64,000 nucleotides of DNA from Eledone cirrhosa (Eukaryota). The translations under genes were made by a program, and so were the position numbers. The notes beneath the pieces are model-generated. The model searched no databases, had not been told where the DNA came from, and worked only from the letters and a program-made list of their open reading frames with translations. The DNA is taken from contig OZ024743.1 of NCBI GenBank assembly GCA_964016885.1, forward strand, positions 130,944,001-131,008,000, in the 5' to 3' direction. Shown one piece after another: positions 44,860 through 56,500 of the stretch; positions within the stretch are counted from its first letter, which is position 1; each line of letters begins with the position of its first letter.

Positions 44860-47800
44860 TTGGTGTTTGGTGTTAGGTGTTTGCTGTTTGGTGTCTGCTT
44901 TTTGGTGTTTGGTGTTTAGTGTATGGTGTTTGCTGTTTCGTGTTTGGTGTTTGCTGTTTGGTGTTTGGTGCTTCGTGTTTGGTGTTTGTTTTTGGTGCTT
45001 GGTGTCTGGTGCTTGATGTTTGGTGTTTGGTGCTTGGTGTTTGGTGTTTGGTGCTTGGTGCTTGGTGTTTGGTGCTTGGTGCTTGGTGTTTGGTGTTTGG
45101 TTCTTGGTGCTTGGTATTTGGTGCTTGGTGCTTGCTGCTTGGTGTTTGGTGCTTGGTGATTGATGCTTGGTGTTTGGTGCTTGGTGCTCAGTGTTTGGTT
45201 TTTGGTGCTAGGTGCTTGGTGCATGGTGTTTGGTGCTTGGTGTTTGGTGTTTGGTGGTTGGTGCTTGGGGATTGGTGTTTGGTACTTGGTGCTTGGTGCT
45301 TGGTGTTTGGTGCTTGGTGCTTGGTGTTTGGTGTTTGGTGCTTGGTGCTTGGTGTTTGGTGCTTGGCGCTTGGTGTTTGGTGTTTGGTGCTTGGTGCTTG
45401 GTGTTTGGTGCTTGGTGCTTGGTGCTTGTTGTTTGGTGATTGGTGCTTGGTGCTTGGTGTTTGGTGTTTGGTGTTTGATGCTTGGTGTTTGGTGTTTGGT
45501 GCTTGGTGCTTGGGGCTTGGTGTTTGGTGCTTGGTGCATGGTGCTTGGTGTTTGGTGCTTGGTGCTTGGTGTTTGGTGTCTGGTGTTTGGTGCTTGGTGC
45601 TTGGTGTTTGGTGCTTGGTGCTTGGTGCTGGGTGGTTGGTATTTGGTGCTTGGTGCTTGGTGTTTGGTGCTTGGTGCTTGGTGCTTGGTGTTTGGTGCTT
45701 GGTGCTTGGTGCTTGGTCTTTGGTGCTTGGTGTTTGGTGTTTGGTGCTTGGTGCTTTGTGTTTGGTGCTTGGTGATTAGTGTTTGGTGCTTGGTGCTTGG
45801 GGTTTGGTGTTTGGTGCTTGGTACTTGGTGTTTGGTGCTTGGTGTTTGGTGTTTGCTGTTTGGTGTTTGGTGTTTGGTGTTTGCTGTTTGGTGTCTGCTT
45901 TTTGGTGTTTGGTGTTTGCTGTATGATGTTTGCTGTTTCGTGTTTGGTGTTTGCTGTTTGGTGTTTGGTGTTTACTGTTTGGTGTTTGGTCTTTGGTGCT
46001 TGGTGCTTGGTGCTTGGTGTTTGCTGTTTGGTGTTTGGTGCTTGGTGTCTGGTGCTTGGTGTTTGGTGTTTGGTGTTTGGTGCTTGGTGTTTGGTGTTTG
46101 GTGCCTTGTTGCTTGGTGCTTGGTGCTTGGTGTTTGGTGCTTGGTGCTTGGTGATTGGTGCTGGGTGCTTGGTGTTTGGTGCTTGGTGCTTGGTGCTTGG
46201 TGTTTGGTGTTTGGTGCTTGGTGCTTGGTGTTTGGTGTTTGGTGTTATATGCTTGGTGTTTGATGCTTGGTGCTTGGTGCTTGGTGTTTGGTGTTTGGTG
46301 CTTGGTGTTTTATGCTTGGTGTTTGATGTTTGGTGCTTGGTGCTTGGTGTTTGGTGCTTGGTGCTTGGTGTTTATACTTGGTGCTTGGTGCTTGGTTCTT
46401 GGTGTTTGGTGCTTGGTGCTTGGTGCTTGGTGCTTGGTGTTTGGTGCTTGGTGTTTGGTGCTTGGTGCCTGGTGCTTGGTGCTTGGTGCTTGCTGTTTGG
46501 TGCTTGGTGTTTGGTGCTTGGTATTAGGTATTTGGTGCTTGATGCTTGGTGTTTGGTGTTTGGTGCTTGGTGTTTGGTGCTTGGTGCTTGGTGTTTGGTG
46601 TTTGGTGCTTGGTGTTTGGTGCTTGGTACTTGGTGCTTGGTGCTTGGTGTTAGGTGTTTGGTGCTTGGTGCTTATGTTTGGTTTTTGGTGCTTGGTGCTT
46701 GGTGTTTGGTGTTTGGTGCTTGCTGCTGGCTGCTTGGTGTTTGGTGCTTGGTGATAGGTGCTTGGTGTTTGGTGCTTGGTGTTTGGTGTTTGGTACTAGG
46801 TGCTTGGTGCTTGGTGTGTGGTGCTTGGTGCTTTGGTTTGGTGTTTGGTGCTTGGTGCTTGGTGTTTGGTGCTTGGTGCTGGGTTCTGGGTGGTTGGTCT
46901 TTGGTGCTTGGTGTTTGGTGCTGGGTGCTTGGTGTTTGGTGCTTGATGCTTGGTCTTTGGTGCTTGGTGTTTGGTGTTTGGTGTTTGGTGCTTGGTGCTT
47001 GGTGCTTGGTGTTTGGTGCTTGGTGCTTGGTGTTTGGTGCTTGGTGCTTAGTGTTTGGTGCTAGGTGCTTGGGGTTTGGTGTTTGGTGCTTGGTGCTTGG
47101 TGTTTGGTGCTTGGTGCTTGGTGTTTGGTGTTAGGTGTTTGCTGTTTGGTGTCTGCTTTTTGGTGTTTGGTGTTTAGTGTATGGTGTTTGCTGTTTCGTG
47201 TTTGGTGTTTGCTGATTGGTGTTTGGTGCTTCGTGTTTGGTGTTTGTTTTTGGTGCTTGGTGTCTGGTGCTTGATGTTTGGTGTTTGGTGCTTGGTGTTT
47301 GGTGTTTGGTGCTTGGTGCTTGGTGTTTGGTGCTTGGTGCTTGGTGTTTGGTGTTTGGTTCTTGGTGCTTGGTATTTGGTGCTTGGTGCTTGCTGCTTGG
47401 TGTTTGGTGCTTGGTGATTGATGCTTGGTGTTTGGTGCTTGGTGCTCAGTGTTTGGTTTTTGGTGCTAGGTGCTTGGTGCATGGTGTTTGGTGCTTGGTG
47501 TTTGGTGTTTGGTGGTTGGTGCTTGGGGATTGGTGTTTGGTACTTGGTGCTTGGTGCTTGGTGTTTGGTGCTTGGTGCTTGGTGTTTGGTGTTTGGTGCT
47601 TGGTGCTTGGTGTTTGGTGCTTGGCGCTTGGTGTTTGGTGTTTGGTGCTTGGTGCTTGGTGTTTGGTGCTTGGTGCTTGGTGCTTGTTGTTTGGTGATTG
47701 GTGCTTGGTGCTTGGTGTTTGGTGTTTGGTGTTTGATGCTTGGTGTTTGGTGTTTGGTGCTTGGTGCTTGGGGCTTGGTGTTTGGTGCTTGGTGCATGGT

Positions 47801-49375
47801 GCTTGGTGTTTGGTGCTTGGTGCTTGGTGTTTGGTGTCTGGTGTTTGGTGCTTGGTGCTTGGTGTTTGGTGCTTGGTGCTTGGTGCTGGGTGGTTGGTAT
47901 TTGGTGCTTGGTGCTTGGTGTTTGGTGCTTGGTGCTTGGTGCTTGGTGTTTGGTGCTTGGTGCTTGGTGCTTGGTCTTTGGTGCTTGGTGTTTGGTGTTT
48001 GGTGCTTGGTGCTTTGTGTTTGGTGCTTGGTGATTAGTGTTTGGTGCTTGGTGCTTGGGGTTTGGTGTTTGGTGCTTGGTACTTGGTGTTTGGTGCTTGG
48101 TGTTTGGTGTTTGCTGTTTGGTGTTTGGTGTTTGGTGTTTGCTGTTTGGTGTCTGCTTTTTGGTGTTTGGTGTTTGCTGTATGATGTTTGCTGTTTCGTG
48201 TTTGGTGTTTGCTGTTTGGTGTTTGGTGTTTACTGTTTGGTGTTTGGTCTTTGGTGCTTGGTGCTTGGTGCTTGGTGTTTGCTGTTTGGTGTTTGGTGCT
48301 TGGTGTCTGGTGCTTGGTGTTTGGTGTTTGGTGTTTGGTGCTTGGTGTTTGGTGTTTGGTGCCTTGTTGCTTGGTGCTTGGTGCTTGGTGTTTGGTGCTT
48401 GGTGCTTGGTGATTGGTGCTGGGTGCTTGGTGTTTGGTGCTTGGTGCTTGGTGCTTGGTGTTTGGTGTTTGGTGCTTGGTGCTTGGTGTTTGGTGTTTGG
48501 TGTTATATGCTTGGTGTTTGATGCTTGGTGCTTGGTGCTTGGTGTTTGGTGTTTGGTGCTTGGTGTTTTATGCTTGGTGTTTGATGTTTGGTGCTTGGTG
48601 CTTGGTGTTTGGTGCTTGGTGCTTGGTGTTTATACTTGGTGCTTGGTGCTTGGTTCTTGGTGTTTGGTGCTTGGTGCTTGGTGCTTGGTGCTTGGTGTTT
48701 GGTGCTTGGTGTTTGGTGCTTGGTGCCTGGTGCTTGGTGCTTGGTGCTTGCTGTTTGGTGCTTGGTGTTTGGTGCTTGGTATTAGGTATTTGGTGCTTGG
48801 TGCTTGGTGTTTGGTGTTTGGTGCTTGGTGTTTGGTGCTTGGTGCTTGGTGTTTGGTGTTTGGTGCTTGGTGTTTGGTGCTTGGTACTTGGTGCTTGGTG
48901 CTTGGTGTTAGGTGTTTGGTGCTTGGTGCTTATGTTTGGTTTTTGGTGCTTGGTGCTTGGTGTTTGGTGTTTGGTGCTTGCTGCTGGCTGCTTGGTGTTT
49001 GGTGCTTGGTGATAGGTGCTTGGTGTTTGGTGCTTGGTGTTTGGTGTTTGGTACTAGGTGCTTGGTGCTTGGTGTGTGGTGCTTGGTGCTTTGGTTTGGT
49101 GTTTGGTGCTTGGTGCTTGGTGTTTGGTGCTTGGTGCTGGGTTCTGGGTGGTTGGTCTTTGGTGCTTGGTGTTTGGTGCTGGGTGCTTGGTGTTTGGTGC
49201 TTGATGCTTGGTCTTTGGTGCTTGGTGTTTGGTGTTTGGTGTTTGGTGCTTGGTGCTTGGTGCTTGGTGTTTGGTGCTTGGTGCTTGGTGTTTGGTGCTT
49301 GGTGCTTAGTGTTTGGTGCTAGGTGCTTGGGGTTTGGTGTTTGGTGCTTGGTGCTTGGTGTTTGGTGCTTGGTGC
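44860..49375. repeat. Near-identical 2258-bp tandem duplication nested in copy 1 of the 10-kb duplication
   Basis: ORF pairs 44916/47174, 45160/47418, 45779/48037 and 46654/48912 are offset by 2258; TAGG at 44874 and 47132. 2258 = 323x7-3, matching four 6-bp units and one 8-bp unit. Confidence 0.92.
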
Positions 49376-50500
49376 TTGGTGTTTGGTGTTTGGTGCTTGG
49401 TGCTTGGTGTTTGGTGTTTGCTGTTTGCTGTTTGGTGTTTGTTGTTTGGTGTTTGTTGTTTGGTGTTTGCTGTTTGGTGTTTGGTGTTTGGTGTTTGCTG
49501 TTTGGTGTCTGCTTTTTGGTGTTTGGTGTTTGCTGTATGTTATTTGCTCTTTGGTGCTTGGTGCTTGGTGTTTGGTGCTTGGTGCTTGGTGTTTGGTGCT
49601 GGGTGCTTGGTGTTTGGTGCTTGGTGCTTGGTGCTTGGTGTTTGGTGTTTGGTGCTTGGTGCTTGGTGTTTGGTGTTTGGTGTTATATGCATGGTGTTTG
49701 ATGCTTGGTGCTTGGTGCTTGGTGTTTGGTGTTTGGTGCTTGGTGTTTTATGCTTGGTGTTTGATGTTTGGTGCTTGTTGCTTGGTGTTTGGTGCTTGGT
49801 GCTTGGTGTTTATACTTGGTGCTTGGTGCTTGGTTCTTGGTGTTTGGTGCTTGGTGCTTGGTGCTTGGTGCTTGGTGTTTGGTGCTTGGTGTTTGGTGCT
49901 TGGTGCCTGGTGCTTGGTGCTTGGTGCTTGCTGTTTGGTGCTTGGTGTTTGGTGCTTGGTATTAGGTATTTGGTGCTTGGTGCTTGGTGTTTGGTGTTTG
50001 GTGCTTGGTGTTTGGTGCTTGGTGCTTGGTGTTTGGTGTTTGGTGTTGGTGTTTGGTGCTTGGTACTTGGTGCTTGGTGCTTGGTGTTAGGTGTTTGGTG
50101 CTTGGTGCTTGGTGTTTGGTTTTTGGTGCTTGGTGCTTGGTGTTTGGTGTTTGGTGCTTGCTGCTGGCTGCTTGGTGTTTGGTGCTTGGTGATAGGTGCT
50201 TGGTGTTTGGTGCTTGGTGTTTGGTGTTTGGTACTAGGTGCTTGGTGCTTGGTGCTTTGGTTTGGTGCTTGGTGTTTGGTGCTTGGTGCTTGGTGTTTGG
50301 TGCTTGGTGCTTGGTGTTTGGTGCTTGGTGCTTGGTGTTTGTGTTTGGTGCTTGGTGCTTGGTGTTTGCTGTTTGCTGTTTGCTGTTTGGTGTTTGTTGT
50401 TTGGTGTTTGTTGTTTGGTGTTTGCTGTTTGGTGTTTGGTGTTTGGTGTTTGCTGTTTGGTGTCTGCTTTTTGGTGTTTGGTGTTTGTTGTATGTTATTT
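48370..50500. repeat. Older ~1.0-1.18-kb tandem duplication, also present at ~58330-60480
   Basis: ORF pairs 48588/49768 and 58549/59729 are both offset by 1180. Shared TTATAC, TATTAGGTAT and GATAGG variants. Confidence 0.78.
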
Positions 50501-53500
50501 GCTGTTTGGTGTTTGGTGTTTGGTGTTTGGTGCAGGGTGCTTGGTGTTTGGTGCTTGGTGCTTGGTGTTTGGTGCCTGGTGCTTGGTGCTTGGTGTTTGG
50601 TGTTTGGTGCTTGGAGTTTGGTGTTTGGTGCTTGCTGCATGGTGTTTTGTGTTTGGTGTTTGGTTTTTGGTGCTTGGTGCTTGGTGCTTGGTGCTTGGTC
50701 CTTGGTGTTTGGTGCTTGGTGCTTGGTGTTTGTACTTGGTGCTTGGTGCTTGGTGTTTGGTTCTTGGTTCTTGGTGTTTGGTACTTGGTGCTTGGTGCTT
50801 GGTGCTTGGTGTTTGGTGTTTGGTGTTTGGTGCTTGGTGTTTGGTGCTTGGTGTTTGGTGTTTGCTGTTTGGTGTTTCGTGTTTGGTGTTTGGTGTTTGG
50901 TGTTTGGTGTCTGCTTTTTGGTGTTTGGTGTTTGCTGTATGGTGTTTGCTGTTTCGTGTTTGGTGTTTGCTGATTGGTGTTTGGTGTTTGCTGTTTGGTG
51001 TTTGGTCTTTGGTGCTTGGTGTTTGGTGCTTGGTGCTTGGTGTTTGGTGTTTGGTGCTTGGTGCTTGGTGCTTCGTGTTTGGTGTTTGGTGCTTGGTGTC
51101 TGGAGCTTGGTGTTTTGTGTGTGGTGCTTGGTGTTTGGTGTTTGGTGCTTGGTGCTTGGTGTTTGGTGCTTGGTGCTTGGTGTTTGTACTTGGTGCTTGG
51201 TGCTTGGTATTTGGTGCTTGGTGCTTGGTGCTTGGTGCTTGGTGTTAGGTGTTTGGTGCTTGGTGCTTGGTGTTTGGTGTTTGGTTCTTGGTGCTTGGTA
51301 TTTGGTGCTTGGTGCTTGCTGCTTGGTGTTTGGTGCTTGGTGATTGATGCTTGGTGTTTGGTGCTTGGTGCTTGGTGTTTGGTTTTTGGTGCTAGGTGCT
51401 TGGTGCTTGGTGTTTGGTGCTTGGTGTTTGGTGTTTGGTGCTTGGTGCTTGGTGTTTGGTACTTGGTGCTTGGTGCTTGGTGTTTGGTGCTTGGTGCTTG
51501 GTGTTTGGTGTTTGGTGTTTGGTGCTTGGTGCTTGGTGTTTGGTGCTTGGTGCTTGGTGCTGGGTGGTTGGTGTTTGGTGCTTGGTGCTTGGTGTTTGGT
51601 GCTAGGTGCATGGTGCTTGGTGTTTGGTGCTTGGTGCTTGGTGCTTGGTCTTTGGTGTTTGGTGTTTAGTGCTTGGTGCTTGGTGCTTGGTGCTTGGTGC
51701 ATGGACCTTGGTGTTTGGTGCTTGGTGCTTGGTGTTTGGTGTTTGGTGCTTGGTGCTTGGTGCTTCGTGTTTGGTGTTTGGTGCTTGGTGTCTGGAGCTT
51801 GGTGTTTGGTGTTTGGTGCTTGGTGCTTGGTGTTTATACTTGGTGCTTGGTGCTTGGTGTTTGGTGCTTGGTTCTTGGTGTTTGGTGCTTGGTGTTTGGA
51901 GCATGGTGCTTGGTGTTTGGTGTTTGGTGTTTGCTGTATGGTGTTTGCTGTTTCGTGTTTGGTGTTTGCTGTTTGGTGTTTGGTATTTGCTGTTTGGTGT
52001 TTGGTCTTTGGTGCTTGGTGTTTGGTGCTTGCTGCTTGGTGTTTGGTGTTTGGTGCTTGGTGTTTGGTGTTTGGTGCTTGGTGCTTGGTGCTTGGTGTTT
52101 GGTGTTTGGTGTTTGGTGCTTGGTGTCTGGTGCTTGGTGTTTGGTGTTTGGTGTTTGGTGCTTGGTGTTTGGTGTTTGGTGTTTGGTGTTTGGTGCTTGT
52201 TGCTTGGTACTTGGTGCTTGGTGTTTGGTGCTTGGTGCTTGGTGTTTGGTGCTGGGTGCTTGGTGTTTGGTGCTTGGTGCTTGGTGCTTGGTGTTTGGTG
52301 TTTGGTGCTTGGTGCTTGGTGCTTGGTGTTTGGTGTTTGGTGCTTGGTGTTTTATGCTTGGTGTTTGATGTTTGGTGCTTGGTGCTTGGTGTTTGGTGCT
52401 TGGTGCTTGGTGTTTGTACTTGGTGCTTGGTGCTTGGTTCTTGGTGTTTGGTGCTTGGTGCATGGTGCTTGGTGCTTGGTGTTTGGTGCTTGGTGTTTGG
52501 TGCTTGGTGTTTGGTGCTTGGTGCCTGGTGCTTGGTGCTTGGTGCTTGGTGTTTGGTGCTTGGTGTTTGGTGCTTGGTATTAGGTGTTTGGTGCTAGGTG
52601 CTTGGTGTTTGGTGTTTGGTGCTTGGTGTTTGGTGCTTGGTGCTTGGTTTTTGGTGTTTGGTGCTTGGTGTTTGGTGCTTGGTACTTGGTTCTTGGTGCT
52701 TGGTGTTAGGTGTTTGGTGCTTGGTGCTTGGTGTTTGGTTTTTGGTGCTTGGTGCTTGGTGCTTGGTGTTTGGTGCTTGCTGCTGGCTGCTTGGTGTTTG
52801 GTGCTTGGTGATTGGTGCTTGGTGTTTGGTGCTTGGTGTTTGGTGTTTGGTACTAGGTGCTTGGTGCTTGGTGTTTGGTGCTTGGTGCTTGGTGTTTGGT
52901 GTTTGGTGCTTGGTGCTTGGTGTTTGGTGCTTGGTGCTGGGTGCTGGGTGGTTGGTGTTTGGTGTTTGGTGTTTGGTGCTGGGTGCTTGGTGTTTGGTGC
53001 TTGGTGCTTGGTCTTTGGTGTTTGGTGTTTGGTGTTTGGTGCTTGGTGCTTGGTGCTTCGTGTTTGGTGCTTGGTGCTTGGTGTTTGGTGCTAGGTGCTT
53101 GGGGTTTGGTGTTTGGTGCTTGGTGCTTGGTGTTTGGTGCTTGGTGCTTGGTGTTTGGTGTTTGGTGCTTGGTGCTTGGTGTTTGGTGTTTGGTGTTTGA
53201 TGTTTGGTGTTTGGTGTTTGGTGTTTGCTGTTTGGTGTCTGCTTTTTGGTGTTTGGTGTTGGCTGTATGTTATTTGCTGTTTGGTGTTTGGTGTTTGGTG
53301 TTTAGTGCTTGGTGCTTGGTGTTTGGTGTTTGGTGCTTGGTGCTTGGAATTTGGTGTTTGGTGCTTGGTGCTTGGTGTTTTGTGTTTGGTGTTTGGTTTT
53401 TGGTGCTTGGTGCTTGGTGCTTGTTGCTTGGTCCTTTGTGTTTGGTTCTTGGTGCTTGGTGTTTGTACTTGGTGCTTGGTGCTTGGTGTTTGGTTCTTGG

Positions 53501-56500
53501 TTCTTGGTGTTTGGTACTTGGTGCTTGGTGCTTGGTGCTTGGTGTTTGGTGTTTGGTGCTTGGTGTTTGGTGCTTGGTGCTTGGTGCTTGGTGTTAGGTG
53601 TTTGGTGCTTGGTGCTTGGTGTTTGGTGCTTGGTGTTTGGTGTTTGCTGTTTGGTGTTTGGTGCTTGGTGTTTGGTGTTTGCTGTTTGGTGTCTGCTTTT
53701 TGGTGATTGGTGTTTGGTGTATGGTGTTTGCTGTTTCGTGTTTGGTGTTTGCTGTTTGGTGTTTGGTGTTTGCTGTTTGGTGTTTGGTCTTTGGTGCTTG
53801 GTGTTTGGTGCTTGGTGCTTGGTGTTTGGTGTTTGGTGCTTGGTGCTTGGTGCTTCGTGTTTGGTGTTTGGTGCTTGGTGTCTGGAGCTTGGTGTTTGGT
53901 GTTTGGTGCTTGGTGTTTGGTGTTTGGTGCTTGGTGCTTGGTGTTTGGTGCTTGGTGCTTGGTGTTTGTGCTTGGTTCTTGGTGTTTGGTGTTTGGTGCT
54001 TGGTGCTTGGTGCTTGGTGTTTGGTGTTTGGTGCTTGGTGCTTGGTGTTTGGTGTTTGGTTCTTGGTGCTTGGTATTTGGTGCTTGGTGCTTGCTGCTTG
54101 GTGTTTGGTGCTTGGTGATTGATGCTTGGTGTTTGATGCTTGGTGCTTGGTGTTTGGTTTTTGGTGCTATGTGCTTGGTGCTTGGTGTTTGGTGCTTGGT
54201 GTTTGGTGTTTGCTGCTTGGTGCTTGGGGCTTGGTGTTTGGTACTTGGTGCTTGGTGCTTGGTGTTTGGTGCTTGGTGCTTGGTGTATGGTGTTTGGTGT
54301 TTGGTGCTTGGTGTTTGGTGTTTGGTGCTTGGTGCTTGGTGTTTGTTGCTTGGTACTTGGTTCATGGTGTTTGGTGCTGGGTGCTTGGTGTTTGCTGCTT
54401 GGTGCTTGGTGTTTGGTGTTTGGTGCTTGGTGTTTGGTGTTTGGTGCTTGGTGCTTGGTGTTTGTTGCTTGGTACTTGGTGCATGGTGTTTGGTGCTGGG
54501 TGCTTGGTGTTTGGTGCTTGGTGTTTGGTGCTTGGTGCTTGGTGTTTGGTGTTTGGTGTTTGATGCTTGGTGTTTGATGCTTGGTGCTTGGTGCTTGGTG
54601 TTTGGTGCTTGGAGTTTGTACTTGGTGCTTGGTGTTTTGTGCTTGGTTCTTTGTGTTTGGTGTTTGGTGCTTGGTGCTTGGTGCTTGGTGTTAGGTGTTT
54701 GGTGCTTGGTGCTTGGTGTTTGGTGTTTGGTCCTTGGTGCTTGGTGTTTAGTGCTTGGTGCTTGGTGTTTGTTGTTTGGTGCTTTCTGCTTGCTGCTTGG
54801 CGTTTGGTGCTTGGTGCTTGGTGCTTGTGGTTTGGTGTTTGGTGCTAGGTGCTTGGTGTTTGGTTGTTTGGTGTTTGATTCTTGGTGTTTGGTGCTTGGT
54901 GTTTGGTGTTTTGTGCTTGGTGCTTGGGGCTTGGTGTTTAGTGCTTGGTGCTTGGTGCTTGGTGTTTGGTGCTTGGTGCTTGGTGTTTGGTGTTTGGTGT
55001 TTGGTGCTTGGTGCTTGGTGTTTGGTGCTTGGTGCTTGGTGCTGGGTGGTTGGTATTTGGTGCTTGGTGCTTGGTGTTTGGTGCTTGGTGCTTGGTGCTT
55101 GCTGTTTGGTGCTTGGTGCTTGGTGCTTGGTCTTTGGTGCTTGGTGTTTGGTGCTTGGTGCTTGGTGCTTGGTGTTTGGTGCTTGGTGATTAGTGTTTGG
55201 TGATTGGTGCTTGGGGTTTGGTGTTTGGTGCTTGGTACTTGGTGTTTGGTGCTTGGTGTTTGGTGTTTGCTGTTTGGTGTTTGGTGTTAGCTGTTTGCTG
55301 TTTGCTGTTTGCTTTTTGGTGTTTGGTGTTTGCTGTATGGTGTTTGCTGTTTGGTGTTTGGTGTTTGCTGTTTGGTGTTTGGTGTTTGCTGTTTGGTCTT
55401 TGGTGCTTGGTGTTTGGTGCTTGGTGCTTGGTGTTTGGTGTTTGGTGCTTGGTGCTTGGTGTTTGGTGTTTGTTGCTTGGTGCTTGGTGCTTGGTGTTTG
55501 GTGTTTGGTGTTTGGTGCTTGGTGTCTGGTGCTTGGTGTTTGGTGTTTGGTGTTTGGTGCTTGGTGTTTGGTGTTTGGTGTTTGGTGCTTGGTGTTTGGT
55601 GTTTGGTGTTTGGTGTTTGGTTCTTGTTGCTTGGTGCTTGGTGCTTGGTGTTTGGTTCTTGGTTCTTGGTGTTTGGTACTTGGTGCTTGGTGTTTGGTGC
55701 TGGGTGCTTGGTGTTTGGTGCTTGGTGCTTGGTGCTTGCTGTTTGGTGTTTGGTGCTTGGTGCTTGGTGTTTGGTGCTTGGTGTTATATGCTTGGTGTTT
55801 GATGCTTGGTGCTTGGTGCTTGGTATTTGGTGTTTGGTGCTTGGTGTTTGTACTTGGTGCTTGGTTCTTGGTTCTTGGTGCTTGGTGCTTGGTGCTTGGT
55901 GCTTGGTGTTTGGTGCTTGGTGTTTGGTGCTTGGTGTTTGGTGCTTGGTGCCTGGTGCTTGGTGCTTGGTGCTTGGTGTTTGGTGCTTGGTGTTTGGTGC
56001 TTGGTGTTAGGTGTTTGGTGCTTGGTGCTTGGTGTTTGGTGTTTGGTGCTTGGTGTTTGGTGCTTGGTGCTTGGTGTTTGGTGTTTGGTGCTTGGTGTTT
56101 GGTGCTTGGTACTTGGTGCTTGGTGATTGGTGTTAGGTGTTTGGTGCTTGGTGCTTGGTGTTTGGTTTTTGGTGCTTGGTGCTTGGTGTTTGGTGTTTGG
56201 TGCTTGCTGCTGGCTGCTTGGTGTTTGGTGCTTGGTGATTGGTGCTTGGTGTTTGGTGCTTGGTGTTTGGTGTTTGGTACTAGGTGCTTGGTGTTTGGTG
56301 TTTGGTGCTTGGTGCTTGGTGTTTGGTGTTTGGTGTTTGGTGCTTGGTGCTTGGTGCTTGGTGCTGGGTGGTTGGTGTTTGGTGCTTGGTGATTAGTGTT
56401 TGGTGCTAGGTGCTTGGGATTTGGTGTTTGGTGCTTGGTGCATGGTGTTTGGTGCTTGGTGCTTGGTGTTTGGTGCTTGGTGCTTGGTGTTTGGTATTTG